40,054 bases of DNA from a virus. Its lineage: Duplodnaviria; Caudoviricetes. The position numbers and the translations under genes were made by a program. This document shows positions 7,745 through 16,182 of this stretch, one piece after another (the first letter of the stretch is position 1; each line of letters begins with the position of its first letter). The DNA is taken from IMG/VR virus record IMGVR_UViG_3300048575_000517, positions 1 through 40,054 of that record; one strand, 5' to 3'. The notes below the pieces were generated by a model. That model saw only the letters and a list, made by a program, of their open reading frames with translations. It made no database searches and had not been told where the DNA came from.

Positions 7745-7908
7745 GGGTTGTACCCGATCGGCACCGGCGCAGCCGTGCCCGTGCGCGCCGGAATCGCCAC
7801 GACCGGCGCCGGCGGCGGCAGCACGCGGCGTTTGATCGTCGAGAGCTGCGCGGCCTGGCCGGCGGTGATGCGGTCGAGGTTTTTGGCGAGGTCGGTCGCG
7901 TCGCTCAC
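7741..7908 (-). CDS. Small tail-tip protein (55 aa, GTG start)
   Basis: GTGA and ATGA overlaps with both neighbours; GAGG SD. Confidence 0.65.
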   Translation of the reverse strand: MSDATDLAKNLDRITAGQAAQLSTIKRRVLPPPAPVVAIPARTGTAAPVPIGYNP

Positions 7909-9533
7909 AGGACCACCTCGAAGACGTCCTCGACGAACGGCGCGGCGTAGGTCGCCGAAACGTCGTACGTCGCGGCGTCGCGCTCGGCGGTGGCCACGGC
8001 CGGCAGCGTGACCGATATCGTGTGGTCCTGGCTCGCGCCGCCGTTGAAGACGACCGTCGGCGACGTGGTGAGCGCGGTCGATCCGGCGGTCGATCCGGCC
8101 GGCGCGGCGGTCGCCGTCTCCGGGTGCGTCGTCCCGACGCCGGCGATGGCGCTGATGGCGATCAAAAACTGCGTCGTCGCCTCGCCGGTGTCGGGGCGCA
8201 TGATGTGCTTCACGGCCCGGCACTTGCCGCGCGCCGAGAGCGTCGCGGTGGTTATCGCCAGCGTCTTGTCGAGGTCGATGTCCGGGTTGAGCGGCACCGA
8301 TGCCCCGACGCTGTTGAGCCGGTGGCTCGCCGCGATCTTGACCTTGGCCACATTGATCAGGCAGCACATCGCCGCTTCGGCGGCCGCGCGGTCGGTGTCG
8401 CTGGTCAGCGTGACGTCTGCGCTTGTCGTATGGCCGGCGGTGACCGTTGCCGCGTCCTGCGGCGGGATGCCGGTCACGCCGTTGGCGTAGAGCGTCGCCG
8501 AGGTCTCGGCGGCGACGAGCGAGGTGTAGCGCCCTTCGAGCGCGCCCGAGAGCGTCTCGCGAAGCGTGCCGACCGCCGCGATGCTGGCCGCGTTGGAGAC
8601 GGTTAGCACGTAGCGCTCGTCGATTGTCTGCGTGTAGGCAACGCCGACCAGCGCGGAAAATCCCATGCACAGCTCGGAGTCGTACGGGCCCGGGACCCAC
8701 TGGCCGATGGCGGCGTTGGGCAGCGCAGTGTAGCTGATCGACTCGATCGTCGCGCCGGTCGACTTGATCGCCTGCTCGACGGATGCGCGCTGCAAAAACC
8801 AGTTTTCGCCGTCGACGTAGGTGGCCATGCTGGTCTCGTCGACGTATGAAAACGCGATAGAGTGCCCCTCGGCCTTGACTCGCGGGAAACGGTAGCCGAA
8901 GTCGATGTCGACGCGGTTGATGAGCTGTGACCGGCTGGCGAGCGCGATGGTGACGGCCTCGTCGTCCAGGTGGTCGTCGGTAAAGGTGATGTCGGGCGTC
9001 GTATTGGCGGCCCAGGCGGTGAGGCGCAGCGCGCCGGCCGGAGTCAAGTCGAGCGCGGCGGCGACGGTCGACAGCCGGTCCTGCGCGCGCGACCAGCCGG
9101 TCGTCGCTGGATCAAAGATCGCCGCCGACAGCGTACCGGTCGGGATTGCGGCGTCGATGGCCGCGTAGCTCATCGCATCGACGACGCCCTGCAGGTCGTC
9201 GCTGCACGTGAGCTTGATGGTGCGCGCGACGAGGTCGAGCGCCGGGGTGTCGACGCGGCCGGTGAACAGCCGGCGCACGTCGGCGGCCGTTCCGCTGGCG
9301 TAGTCGGCGATGTCGATGGTCACCGGCTTGCCGACCCAGCCGGCAACGGCGAAGGCGCTCGACGCGGCCGAGCGGAGCGTGACGTCAGCGATGCGCGCGC
9401 CGCCCTCGTCGGCCTCGACGGTGATCTCGCCCTCGACGCGGTCGGACACATCGACGCCGCCGAGCGTGACGATGGCGCGCCAGACGCCCGCGCGACCGGC
9501 GGCGCCCGAGGTCGCGGCGTAGGTCGCGGCCAT
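7905..9533 (-). CDS. Tail-tip hub-like structural protein
   Basis: Second gene after the tape measure; RRLFTGRVD...IKLTCSD pattern typical of hub proteins. Confidence 0.65.
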   Translation of the reverse strand: MAATYAATSGAAGRAGVWRAIVTLGGVDVSDRVEGEITVEADEGGARIADVTLRSAASSAFAVAGWVGKPVTIDIADYASGTAADVRRLFTGRVDTPALDLVARTIKLTCSDDLQGVVDAMSYAAIDAAIPTGTLSAAIFDPATTGWSRAQDRLSTVAAALDLTPAGALRLTAWAANTTPDITFTDDHLDDEAVTIALASRSQLINRVDIDFGYRFPRVKAEGHSIAFSYVDETSMATYVDGENWFLQRASVEQAIKSTGATIESISYTALPNAAIGQWVPGPYDSELCMGFSALVGVAYTQTIDERYVLTVSNAASIAAVGTLRETLSGALEGRYTSLVAAETSATLYANGVTGIPPQDAATVTAGHTTSADVTLTSDTDRAAAEAAMCCLINVAKVKIAASHRLNSVGASVPLNPDIDLDKTLAITTATLSARGKCRAVKHIMRPDTGEATTQFLIAISAIAGVGTTHPETATAAPAGSTAGSTALTTSPTVVFNGGASQDHTISVTLPAVATAERDAATYDVSATYAAPFVEDVFEVVL

Positions 9534-10061
9534 CTAGGCTTCCTCGCAGACCAGCTGCCAGCTGTAACCGGCTTCGCCCATGCGGCCCGACTCGGTCGGG
9601 CGCATGGCGTAGACGGTGACGAGCGGCAGATAAAATGCTTCGTATGCGACCGCTCCGGAGACCGCAGAGAGCGTCGCGATGTTGCCGGCGAGCGTCAGCG
9701 CGGTCGACACGCCAGAGCCGTCGGCGAGGATCGCCCAGCCCCATGGCGTAGCGCCCGCGTCGCTGCGCCGCGCGGCGGGCAAGGTGGCCTGCCGCGTGGC
9801 GAAAACGGCCGGAACGCGCACGGGCTTGACGCAGGCGAGCGCGAGCGTGGCGGTGGTGTCGAGCGTATCGAGGCCGCTCGGCATCCAGCCCGAGCCGCTG
9901 GTGGTGATGCGCATCTTGCGCCAGGTCTCCTGCTTGGTCGCCGCGCCGCTGATCGAGCGGCGCACGTACTCGCCGCCGAGCGGCTCGTAGCTCTGCTCAA
10001 TTTCGAGCCGCGCCAGCAACGGGATCGTGAGCGTGCCGACGATCAGGGCCGGCGCGCTCAT
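9534..10061 (-). CDS. Distal-tail-like protein
   Basis: Directly after the tape measure, ATGA overlap; RRSISG...WRK...SGSGW...YSWQLVCEE. Confidence 0.65.
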   Translation of the reverse strand: MSAPALIVGTLTIPLLARLEIEQSYEPLGGEYVRRSISGAATKQETWRKMRITTSGSGWMPSGLDTLDTTATLALACVKPVRVPAVFATRQATLPAARRSDAGATPWGWAILADGSGVSTALTLAGNIATLSAVSGAVAYEAFYLPLVTVYAMRPTESGRMGEAGYSWQLVCEEA

Positions 10062-12217
10062 CGACGCCCCCCGCGCTTCAAGGCCTCGCGCGCGAAGGCG
10101 GTCTTGAGGTCGTCGACGCCCTTGCTCGCCATCGACACGGGGTAGCGTCCCAGTTCGCCGAAGTCGAAAACCGCTGTCGATTTCGACGGCGCCGCGCTGG
10201 CGGCGAGCGACGGCAGGCTGATGCGCCCGACCAGGCCTCCGTCGGCGTAGCCGGGGATATTGAGCGCGCTGAGGCCGCCGGCGTTGAGCCGAGCGAGCAG
10301 CGCCTTGACGCCGCGCTGCCGCACAACCTCCTGCCGGATGACGAACTCGTCGGCATGCACGATTCCGGCCGGCTGCCACTTTCCGCCCGGCCCGGTCCAG
10401 CCTCCGCCGGCGTAGCCGCCGCCGGACTGCATCGGGACGGTGGTATCGGCGCCCGCCGGAACGCTGCCGACCTGATTGACGGTGACGGTGACGGTCTTAT
10501 CTTTGAGCGCTTCGAGCTGGCCCTGCAGCGTGGCGATGGCGCCCTGCGCGGCTTCGATGTCGGCTTCGACCTTGATCGCGCCGGCCTTTTGCGTGAGGTC
10601 GGCGATCATCGCGTCGAGCTCGGTGATCTGCGCTTTCTGGCTCTCGGCCTGCTGAGCGAACTGCGCAGCCTTCTGCTCTTCGGCCTGCGCCTGCGCGTCG
10701 AGCAGCGCGCTTTGGATCGCTGCGGCGCGCTCGATGGCAGAGGCGCCAGACTGCGGGTCGTCGATCTGGTCTGCGAATTTCGCGGCGCGCGCGGCGGCCT
10801 GCTCGGCGTCCTTGGTGAGCTTGACGGCGTTTTCGGCGCGGCCGGAAAACGCGGCGAGCTTGGCGAGGTTAGCGGCGCTCTCGGCGGCGTCGGCGGCGTC
10901 GGTGAACTGCTTACGAATATCGGCCTGCTGCTCTTCGGGCGTCAGCGTGCTGCGGCGTTTGTCGGCGGCCTTGTCGGCAGCGGCCTGCTTGACGTCGGCC
11001 GACTTCTCGCGCAGCTTGGCGGCCTCGGCGGTCGCGTCATCGGCGGCCTTGAGACTCGCTTTCCAGCCCTGTTCAAATTCGGCGCGGACCCTCTTGGCGT
11101 TGGCAATCTGCGCCTCGGTGCGCTGCGCGTCGGTCTTGAGTATCTCGGACGAGACCTTGCCCTCAGCAATGGCGCGCAGCTGCGCGAGCTCGGCGAGCCT
11201 GGCCTGCAGCTGGCGCTCGATGGTGACGCGCTGCGCGGCGAGTTCCTTTGCGCTCAATACTCCGTCACCGGTGTCCTTTTCCTGCAGGATCTGCAGAACG
11301 CTCTTTTGGCGCTCAAGCCGCGCGATGACGTCGTCCCAGTTGCCGTTGACCAGGGTCTTGCCTTCGCTTCGCAGCCTGTTGGCTTTCTCGAGCTCGGCAT
11401 TGACAACTCGTAGTCGAGCGGCGACGTCGTTCGTCATCATCGCTGCGCCAAGCGAATCCCACAGCCCTCCCCCCGCCTTCTTGGTTTCAAGGAAGGCAAT
11501 TAGCAGGCGGTTGATTACCGGTATCAGACTGTTCGCGATGACTATCCCGGCGACGCTCGACAACTTCGAGAGCTTCTCCAAATTGTCGTTGAATTCCTCG
11601 CTCGCTTTGGCGAGCTTCTCGTCGAACACGAGCCCGAACGCTTCGGCCTCGTCGCCGAGTTCCTTGAGTCCGGCGGCACCGCCGTTGAGTAGCGGGATCA
11701 TCTCGGTGCCGAGTTTCTTGCCGAAGATCGCGATGGCCAGTTCGGTCTTTTCGACGCCGTCGGGCATCTGCGCGAAGCGGTCGGCGAGCTCGCCGAGCAC
11801 CTGGCGCGACGATTTCATTGTTCCATCAGAGGCGCGCACGGTGATACCGAGCCGGGCGTAGCGCTCGGCCATGTCGCCCGACCCGGTCGCTGCCGAGACC
11901 ATGCTTTCGGCGAGGCTGGAAAGCCCTTTCTGCAGCGCTTCGTGCGAGACGCCGGCGAGGTCGGCGGCGTACTGTAGCTTGGAGAGTTCGCCGACGGCGA
12001 TGCCGGTTTTCTGCGCCATCTTGTTGAGTTCGTCGCCGGTGTCGGCGGCGGCTTTGGCCGCGTCGACGAGCTTGGCGACCGACAGCCCGGCGAAGCCGAA
12101 GCCGACGACCTTGGCGGCCAGGCTCTGCAGCCCGGCGAACTCGGCGTTTAGCCGCTTGATCGCGGCGACCGCAGGCGTCGAATCCCCGGTGATGACGATC
12201 TTGGCTTCAGCGGCCAT
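10058..12217 (-). CDS. Tail tape measure protein
   Basis: 719 aa, Ala/Glu/Lys-rich helical; C-terminal GYAGGGWTGPGGKWQPAGIVHADEFV lambda-gpH-type motif. Confidence 0.95.
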   Translation of the reverse strand: MAAEAKIVITGDSTPAVAAIKRLNAEFAGLQSLAAKVVGFGFAGLSVAKLVDAAKAAADTGDELNKMAQKTGIAVGELSKLQYAADLAGVSHEALQKGLSSLAESMVSAATGSGDMAERYARLGITVRASDGTMKSSRQVLGELADRFAQMPDGVEKTELAIAIFGKKLGTEMIPLLNGGAAGLKELGDEAEAFGLVFDEKLAKASEEFNDNLEKLSKLSSVAGIVIANSLIPVINRLLIAFLETKKAGGGLWDSLGAAMMTNDVAARLRVVNAELEKANRLRSEGKTLVNGNWDDVIARLERQKSVLQILQEKDTGDGVLSAKELAAQRVTIERQLQARLAELAQLRAIAEGKVSSEILKTDAQRTEAQIANAKRVRAEFEQGWKASLKAADDATAEAAKLREKSADVKQAAADKAADKRRSTLTPEEQQADIRKQFTDAADAAESAANLAKLAAFSGRAENAVKLTKDAEQAAARAAKFADQIDDPQSGASAIERAAAIQSALLDAQAQAEEQKAAQFAQQAESQKAQITELDAMIADLTQKAGAIKVEADIEAAQGAIATLQGQLEALKDKTVTVTVNQVGSVPAGADTTVPMQSGGGYAGGGWTGPGGKWQPAGIVHADEFVIRQEVVRQRGVKALLARLNAGGLSALNIPGYADGGLVGRISLPSLAASAAPSKSTAVFDFGELGRYPVSMASKGVDDLKTAFAREALKRGGRR

Positions 12218-12235
12218 TGGCGACCTCGACGGCGA

Positions 12236-12637
12236 TCAGGTAGGTGCGCCAGGGGTAGGACCACACCCCGGCGTGTCCGCGCTCGACGAGCGCGCAGACG
12301 GAGCGCTCGAGGTCAGCGCAGAGGCTTCGGCCTGCATCACGCGGGCGACGCCGGCCAGCGCCGTCCGCACCCGGAAAAAATGCGGGTTGAGCGCGCGTGC
12401 GGCGGCGACCAGTTCGTCGAGCTCGGACGGCGCGAATTCCTCGAGCGACTCGGCGGAGGCGCCGCTCATCCAGGCGAGATCGTCCAGGCTGCAGTCGTCG
12501 CGCGCCAGCGCGCGGATGACGTCGACCTCGGCGGCGCACGATTCGATGGCCGCCAGCCGGTCGCGCACCTCGGCGACGGTGACCTCGCGCAGCGTGACGC
12601 GCCGCTCGCCGAGCGGCACGGTGCGGGTCAGCGCCAT
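12236..12637 (-). CDS. Tail assembly chaperone (gpG-like), probable -1 frameshift extension to 12207
   Basis: Between tail tube and tape measure; NPHFF motif; open -1 frame ending ...VERGHAGVWSYPW... Confidence 0.8.
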   Translation of the reverse strand: MALTRTVPLGERRVTLREVTVAEVRDRLAAIESCAAEVDVIRALARDDCSLDDLAWMSGASAESLEEFAPSELDELVAAARALNPHFFRVRTALAGVARVMQAEASALTSSAPSARSSSADTPGCGPTPGAPT

Positions 12638-12640
12638 CTA

Positions 12641-13387
12641 TCAGGTCTCCTGCTCGAGCTTGAGGAACTGGCTGATCCCGGCGCCGGTAACGGTGGTGTC
12701 CTTGGTGATGGTGTAGTTCACCGACAGCGTGCCGTAGTCGTCGCCGATCGCATCGACGCCCTGCGCGACGCTGAGCTTGGCCTTGTAGATACGCACGCTC
12801 GCGTACTTGCCGGTGACCGCGTTGACGCCCTCGAGGAAGATCGAGACGTTCGGCGCGCTGTTGATGATCGCCTCGACGCTCTTGCTGGCGATCGGCGTGT
12901 AGTCGATGGTAATGGCGTCGCCGTCGGCGACGCCTCCTGTGCTGATCGTCGCGGCGATGGTGATGCCGCCCTTGCTGACGACGTAGTCAGAAGCGGCGAC
13001 CGTCGTTCCACCCTTCTTGACGAGCGGCGCGACGGCGGTGTTGATCAGCCGCGCTGTCGGGATGAACGCGCCGGCGTTGATGACGTGCGCCTCGCCAGTG
13101 ATCGCCGTGACACCCCCGGTCGCGACCGTTCCCCACAGCGCGAGCGCAAGGTTTTCCGGAGAGAAATCGCGGAAGTCGATCTGCCCGGAGACGATGTCGA
13201 TGCGCGTGACGCTGTCGGCCGTGCCGCCGGCCGGGTCCTGGTAGTCGCGCAGCTCCTTCTTGTCTTCGGTGAAGCTGTACGTGAAGACGCTGGCGTTGCC
13301 GACGTCGCGGAACTTTCGCGCGCCGAACGTCGCACCGGACTCGTACGCGGCGATCTTGATTCTTCCACTTCCGATAAAACCGCTCAT
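12641..13387 (-). CDS. Major tail tube protein
   Basis: FIGSG...DVGNAS...ENLALALWG motifs; position; CAGGAG SD. Confidence 0.85.
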   Translation of the reverse strand: MSGFIGSGRIKIAAYESGATFGARKFRDVGNASVFTYSFTEDKKELRDYQDPAGGTADSVTRIDIVSGQIDFRDFSPENLALALWGTVATGGVTAITGEAHVINAGAFIPTARLINTAVAPLVKKGGTTVAASDYVVSKGGITIAATISTGGVADGDAITIDYTPIASKSVEAIINSAPNVSIFLEGVNAVTGKYASVRIYKAKLSVAQGVDAIGDDYGTLSVNYTITKDTTVTGAGISQFLKLEQET

Positions 13388-13399
13388 GATGATCTCCTG

Positions 13400-13816
13400 T
13401 TAGCCGGTAAAGACCGGGAGCAAAAAACCGAATGAAAGGCGCAGGACGCGCCCGTCGAAGCCGCTTTCGCGGCCCTTGCCGGACTGCACGGCGCAGCCCG
13501 GCGAGACCTCCCAGCCGAGCAGCGCGCCGAGCGCCGACGAGAACAGCGCGGCGCCGGCGGTCTTCTGCGCGTCGCTCGCGCGCACCGTGTCGACGTAGAG
13601 GTCGAACGACCACTCGACGGTATGCCGCGCGCCGCTGCCGACCTGCCCGGCCGGGTCGAAGGTGGTGAGGAAGGTCTGCGCGGCGATGACCCGGCCGCCC
13701 TCGTCGGTGAGATCGACGGCGGCGAAGGTGTCGACCAGGTCGATGCCAGCCGACGCCGCGTGCGGCGCGAGACGCGCGAGGATCTGCTGTTGCTGGGCGA
13801 ATAGGTCGAAGGCCAT
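13400..13816 (-). CDS. Tail terminator-like protein
   Basis: 138 aa, immediately before the tube gene; ALLGW motif. Confidence 0.6.
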   Translation of the reverse strand: MAFDLFAQQQQILARLAPHAASAGIDLVDTFAAVDLTDEGGRVIAAQTFLTTFDPAGQVGSGARHTVEWSFDLYVDTVRASDAQKTAGAALFSSALGALLGWEVSPGCAVQSGKGRESGFDGRVLRLSFGFLLPVFTG

Positions 13817-13818
13817 GG

Positions 13819-14118
13819 TCAGACTTTCGCGAGCGTCGCGGCAAACTCGGCGCCGTCGAGAATCGACTGCGGGGCTTCGCGCACGACGAAGGTCGCGCCG
13901 CCGATGGTGAACCCGTCGCCGCGCGCCACCGCCGGGAAGTCGGCCGTCATGTAGCGCAGCGTGTGCTCGGTGACGAGCACGTCGCCGCCGTAGAGCGTCG
14001 AGCCCGGGCGGTTGTAGATCGCCTTTTTTGCCGGCTGCGCGGCGCCGCCCGCCGGCGTGTAGATGACCGGCTCGCCGAAGATGGCGTAGAGGGTGGTGAG
14101 GTTGGCGGTGAAGTCCAT
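13819..14118 (-). CDS. Head-tail joining protein (gpFII-like)
   Basis: 99 aa, FGEPVIYTP...RGDGFTIGGATFVV beta pattern; position. Confidence 0.7.
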   Translation of the reverse strand: MDFTANLTTLYAIFGEPVIYTPAGGAAQPAKKAIYNRPGSTLYGGDVLVTEHTLRYMTADFPAVARGDGFTIGGATFVVREAPQSILDGAEFAATLAKV

Positions 14119-14134
14119 GATTGTGCAGAGGGGA

Positions 14135-14944
14135 TTAGATTTGCGACGTGATAGGGGTTGCCGAGATTGCGCCAACCATATCGCTGTAACTCTCAACTCC
14201 CTCGTAGTGCTTCACGGACGAGTAATAGGCGGCGCAGATCTTCCCGCTCCCGGTATGCTTGTAGGTGTTGTACACGCCGAGCTTGAACTGAGGCCCATAA
14301 ACATCGGCAAACGCATTTGCGCGCCGAATTTCGCGATATATCGGGACGCCGGAGACGAACATTTCATGTAGCCCCGCAGCCGCTTCCTGAGACCAGCGGA
14401 CGTGCAGAACGATGTCTATCCACTTGTTTTTGAGCAATGGCGCACTGCCGACATAGCGTCGCGTCGCGTCCTCTGCCGGAGGATCGGTGCGCGGCACGGC
14501 AGGCGTAAGGCTGCTGCCATCAGCCAGCAGCATCAGATTCGGCCAGCGCGGGCTGTCGCCGCCGTCCGGCTTGTCGTGCATCTGCATGACCGAGAATGGC
14601 CGGTTATCTGCGCCGCCCCACTCGCCAGTGAACAACACGCCGAATTTGTACCAACGCTCGACCGGAGTACCTGCGGAAACCGGCTCTGAGGGACAGTAGA
14701 ACTCGGAGCGATTTCCCGCAGCTCCGTCAGGATTCCCGGGCGTCGGGTACGCAAAGCTGTCGACGCTTGATTTCAGCACGACACCGCGCTGCCCAAGAGG
14801 ATCGGGGACAAAGTCCATGTACCCAGGCACAGGGCCTGGGTTGTCGAGGATGTTGTAAAGCCCGGGGTCTGTTTGCAGCACGAATCCTGACTCGGAAAGC
14901 CCGGCCCAAGAGCCGCTAAGCGGAATGTCTCGCAGCAGGGTCAC
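14135..14944 (-). CDS. Polysaccharide lyase-like protein (heparin-lyase-I-like jelly roll), no signal peptide
   Basis: NRSE...ERWYKF...VMQMH...KWIDIVLHVRWS...FKLGVY motif series. Confidence 0.75.
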   Translation of the reverse strand: MTLLRDIPLSGSWAGLSESGFVLQTDPGLYNILDNPGPVPGYMDFVPDPLGQRGVVLKSSVDSFAYPTPGNPDGAAGNRSEFYCPSEPVSAGTPVERWYKFGVLFTGEWGGADNRPFSVMQMHDKPDGGDSPRWPNLMLLADGSSLTPAVPRTDPPAEDATRRYVGSAPLLKNKWIDIVLHVRWSQEAAAGLHEMFVSGVPIYREIRRANAFADVYGPQFKLGVYNTYKHTGSGKICAAYYSSVKHYEGVESYSDMVGAISATPITSQI

Positions 14945-15948
14945 ATCGCCCCCTGCTTAACGAGCTGCGCAGGGCTGGCACGGAGTGCCTTGACAACAGC
15001 AAACGCCTTGGCGACATCGACCTGCGGGTCGGCCGCCGAGAAGCGCAACATCGTCAAGGCGCGCGTCTTTGTTGCCAACCCAATAGCTTCTACGCCTGAC
15101 GTGCTTGCGTCTTTTCCGATATAGACGTTTGAACTGGTGCGTGTGTCGATCGCCGCGCCGGACTTGATCGCGCCAGCGGTAACGACCGCCACGCCGTCTT
15201 CCCACGTCCAGTATTGCTTGCGCTTCCCGGAGATGAGAATGGCGTACTGGTGCAGCGCGCCATCGCCCAGCACCGTAGATGAGTCACCCGCAGCCCATGC
15301 GTTCGTCGATCCGTTTTCTTGCAACCAGAAAGAGAATTTTCCAGTCGGCTGGCAGCGCAGACGGAAGCCGTTGAGCCCAGCCGAGTTCGGGGAGTCGGAA
15401 AGCATCGTTGCTGCCGCCGCTTCCGGGGTGATCTTGCCAAGCCACACAAGCAACAGTTCTTCGCCGCCGTTGTAGTCGTAATTGAGTGGCGGCATGACAA
15501 GACCGGAATCCGGTGTGCCGGATGCCGGGTTGTCGGTTGAGAAGTAACCGGAAGACACCCAAAGGTTTGCCACAGAAAGGTTCGCGCCGCGCACAGCATG
15601 AGACAGCGCGCCGGACTGGTCGTAGACCACGCCATCATCGGCGACCTGATCACCTGCGTACAGGTGGCAGTAGTAGCGGGAGTGGGCGTCAGACGGCATC
15701 TTCCCTGAAGCGGAAACCACGAATAGCTGGGAGCCGTCCGGGCCGATAATTCCAATCCCCCCGGTGAGAGTATTGGTTCGCGCCGTTACGGGCACGCCGA
15801 GCCCGACCTGGTCGGGCGCGGCACCGACCCGCGTCGCGATACCCTTGTAGATGAGATCGGCCTCGAACGCCGGATCGCGCGTGAGCGTTGTCCCGGCAGC
15901 GGTTTCCACGCCGTCGATGCGGATCGCACGGGCAAGCTGTATGGTCAT
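14941..15948 (-). CDS. ConA/LamG-like lectin-domain protein with N-terminal capsid-associated small domain
   Basis: LGDGALHQYA...WEDGV...VYIG LamG pattern; first ~40 aa resemble the 74-aa upstream gene. Confidence 0.65.
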   Translation of the reverse strand: MTIQLARAIRIDGVETAAGTTLTRDPAFEADLIYKGIATRVGAAPDQVGLGVPVTARTNTLTGGIGIIGPDGSQLFVVSASGKMPSDAHSRYYCHLYAGDQVADDGVVYDQSGALSHAVRGANLSVANLWVSSGYFSTDNPASGTPDSGLVMPPLNYDYNGGEELLLVWLGKITPEAAAATMLSDSPNSAGLNGFRLRCQPTGKFSFWLQENGSTNAWAAGDSSTVLGDGALHQYAILISGKRKQYWTWEDGVAVVTAGAIKSGAAIDTRTSSNVYIGKDASTSGVEAIGLATKTRALTMLRFSAADPQVDVAKAFAVVKALRASPAQLVKQGAM

Positions 15949-16169
15949 GCGGTGTCTCCCTTGCGCGCGCCGACGAGACCGCCGGCGCGCCGCGTGGTCA
16001 TCGGGCCGGACGGCGCCGGCTTGTCGCCGGCCGCCCCTTTGACGGTCGGCGCGATCTTGCCGGCGCTCTTGAGCGTGCCGATCAGCTCGCGGTCGGCGAG
16101 GTCGATCTCGCTGCCGACCTCCTGGCGAATGCCCGCCAGGAGGAAGGCGCGAAGCACGGTGAACTCCAT
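15945..16169 (-). CDS. Small post-capsid (head-associated) protein
   Basis: 74 aa directly after the capsid gene; low-complexity basic tail. Confidence 0.7.
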   Translation of the reverse strand: MEFTVLRAFLLAGIRQEVGSEIDLADRELIGTLKSAGKIAPTVKGAAGDKPAPSGPMTTRRAGGLVGARKGDTA

Positions 16170-16182
16170 CCAGCGCTCCGGA

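Noticed and set aside
10200-10420. Lytic domain in the tape measure C-terminus as the missing endolysin
   Set aside because: Matches the common lambda-gpH-type GGxTGxGG...AGIVH motif; no catalytic hydrolase motif recognised
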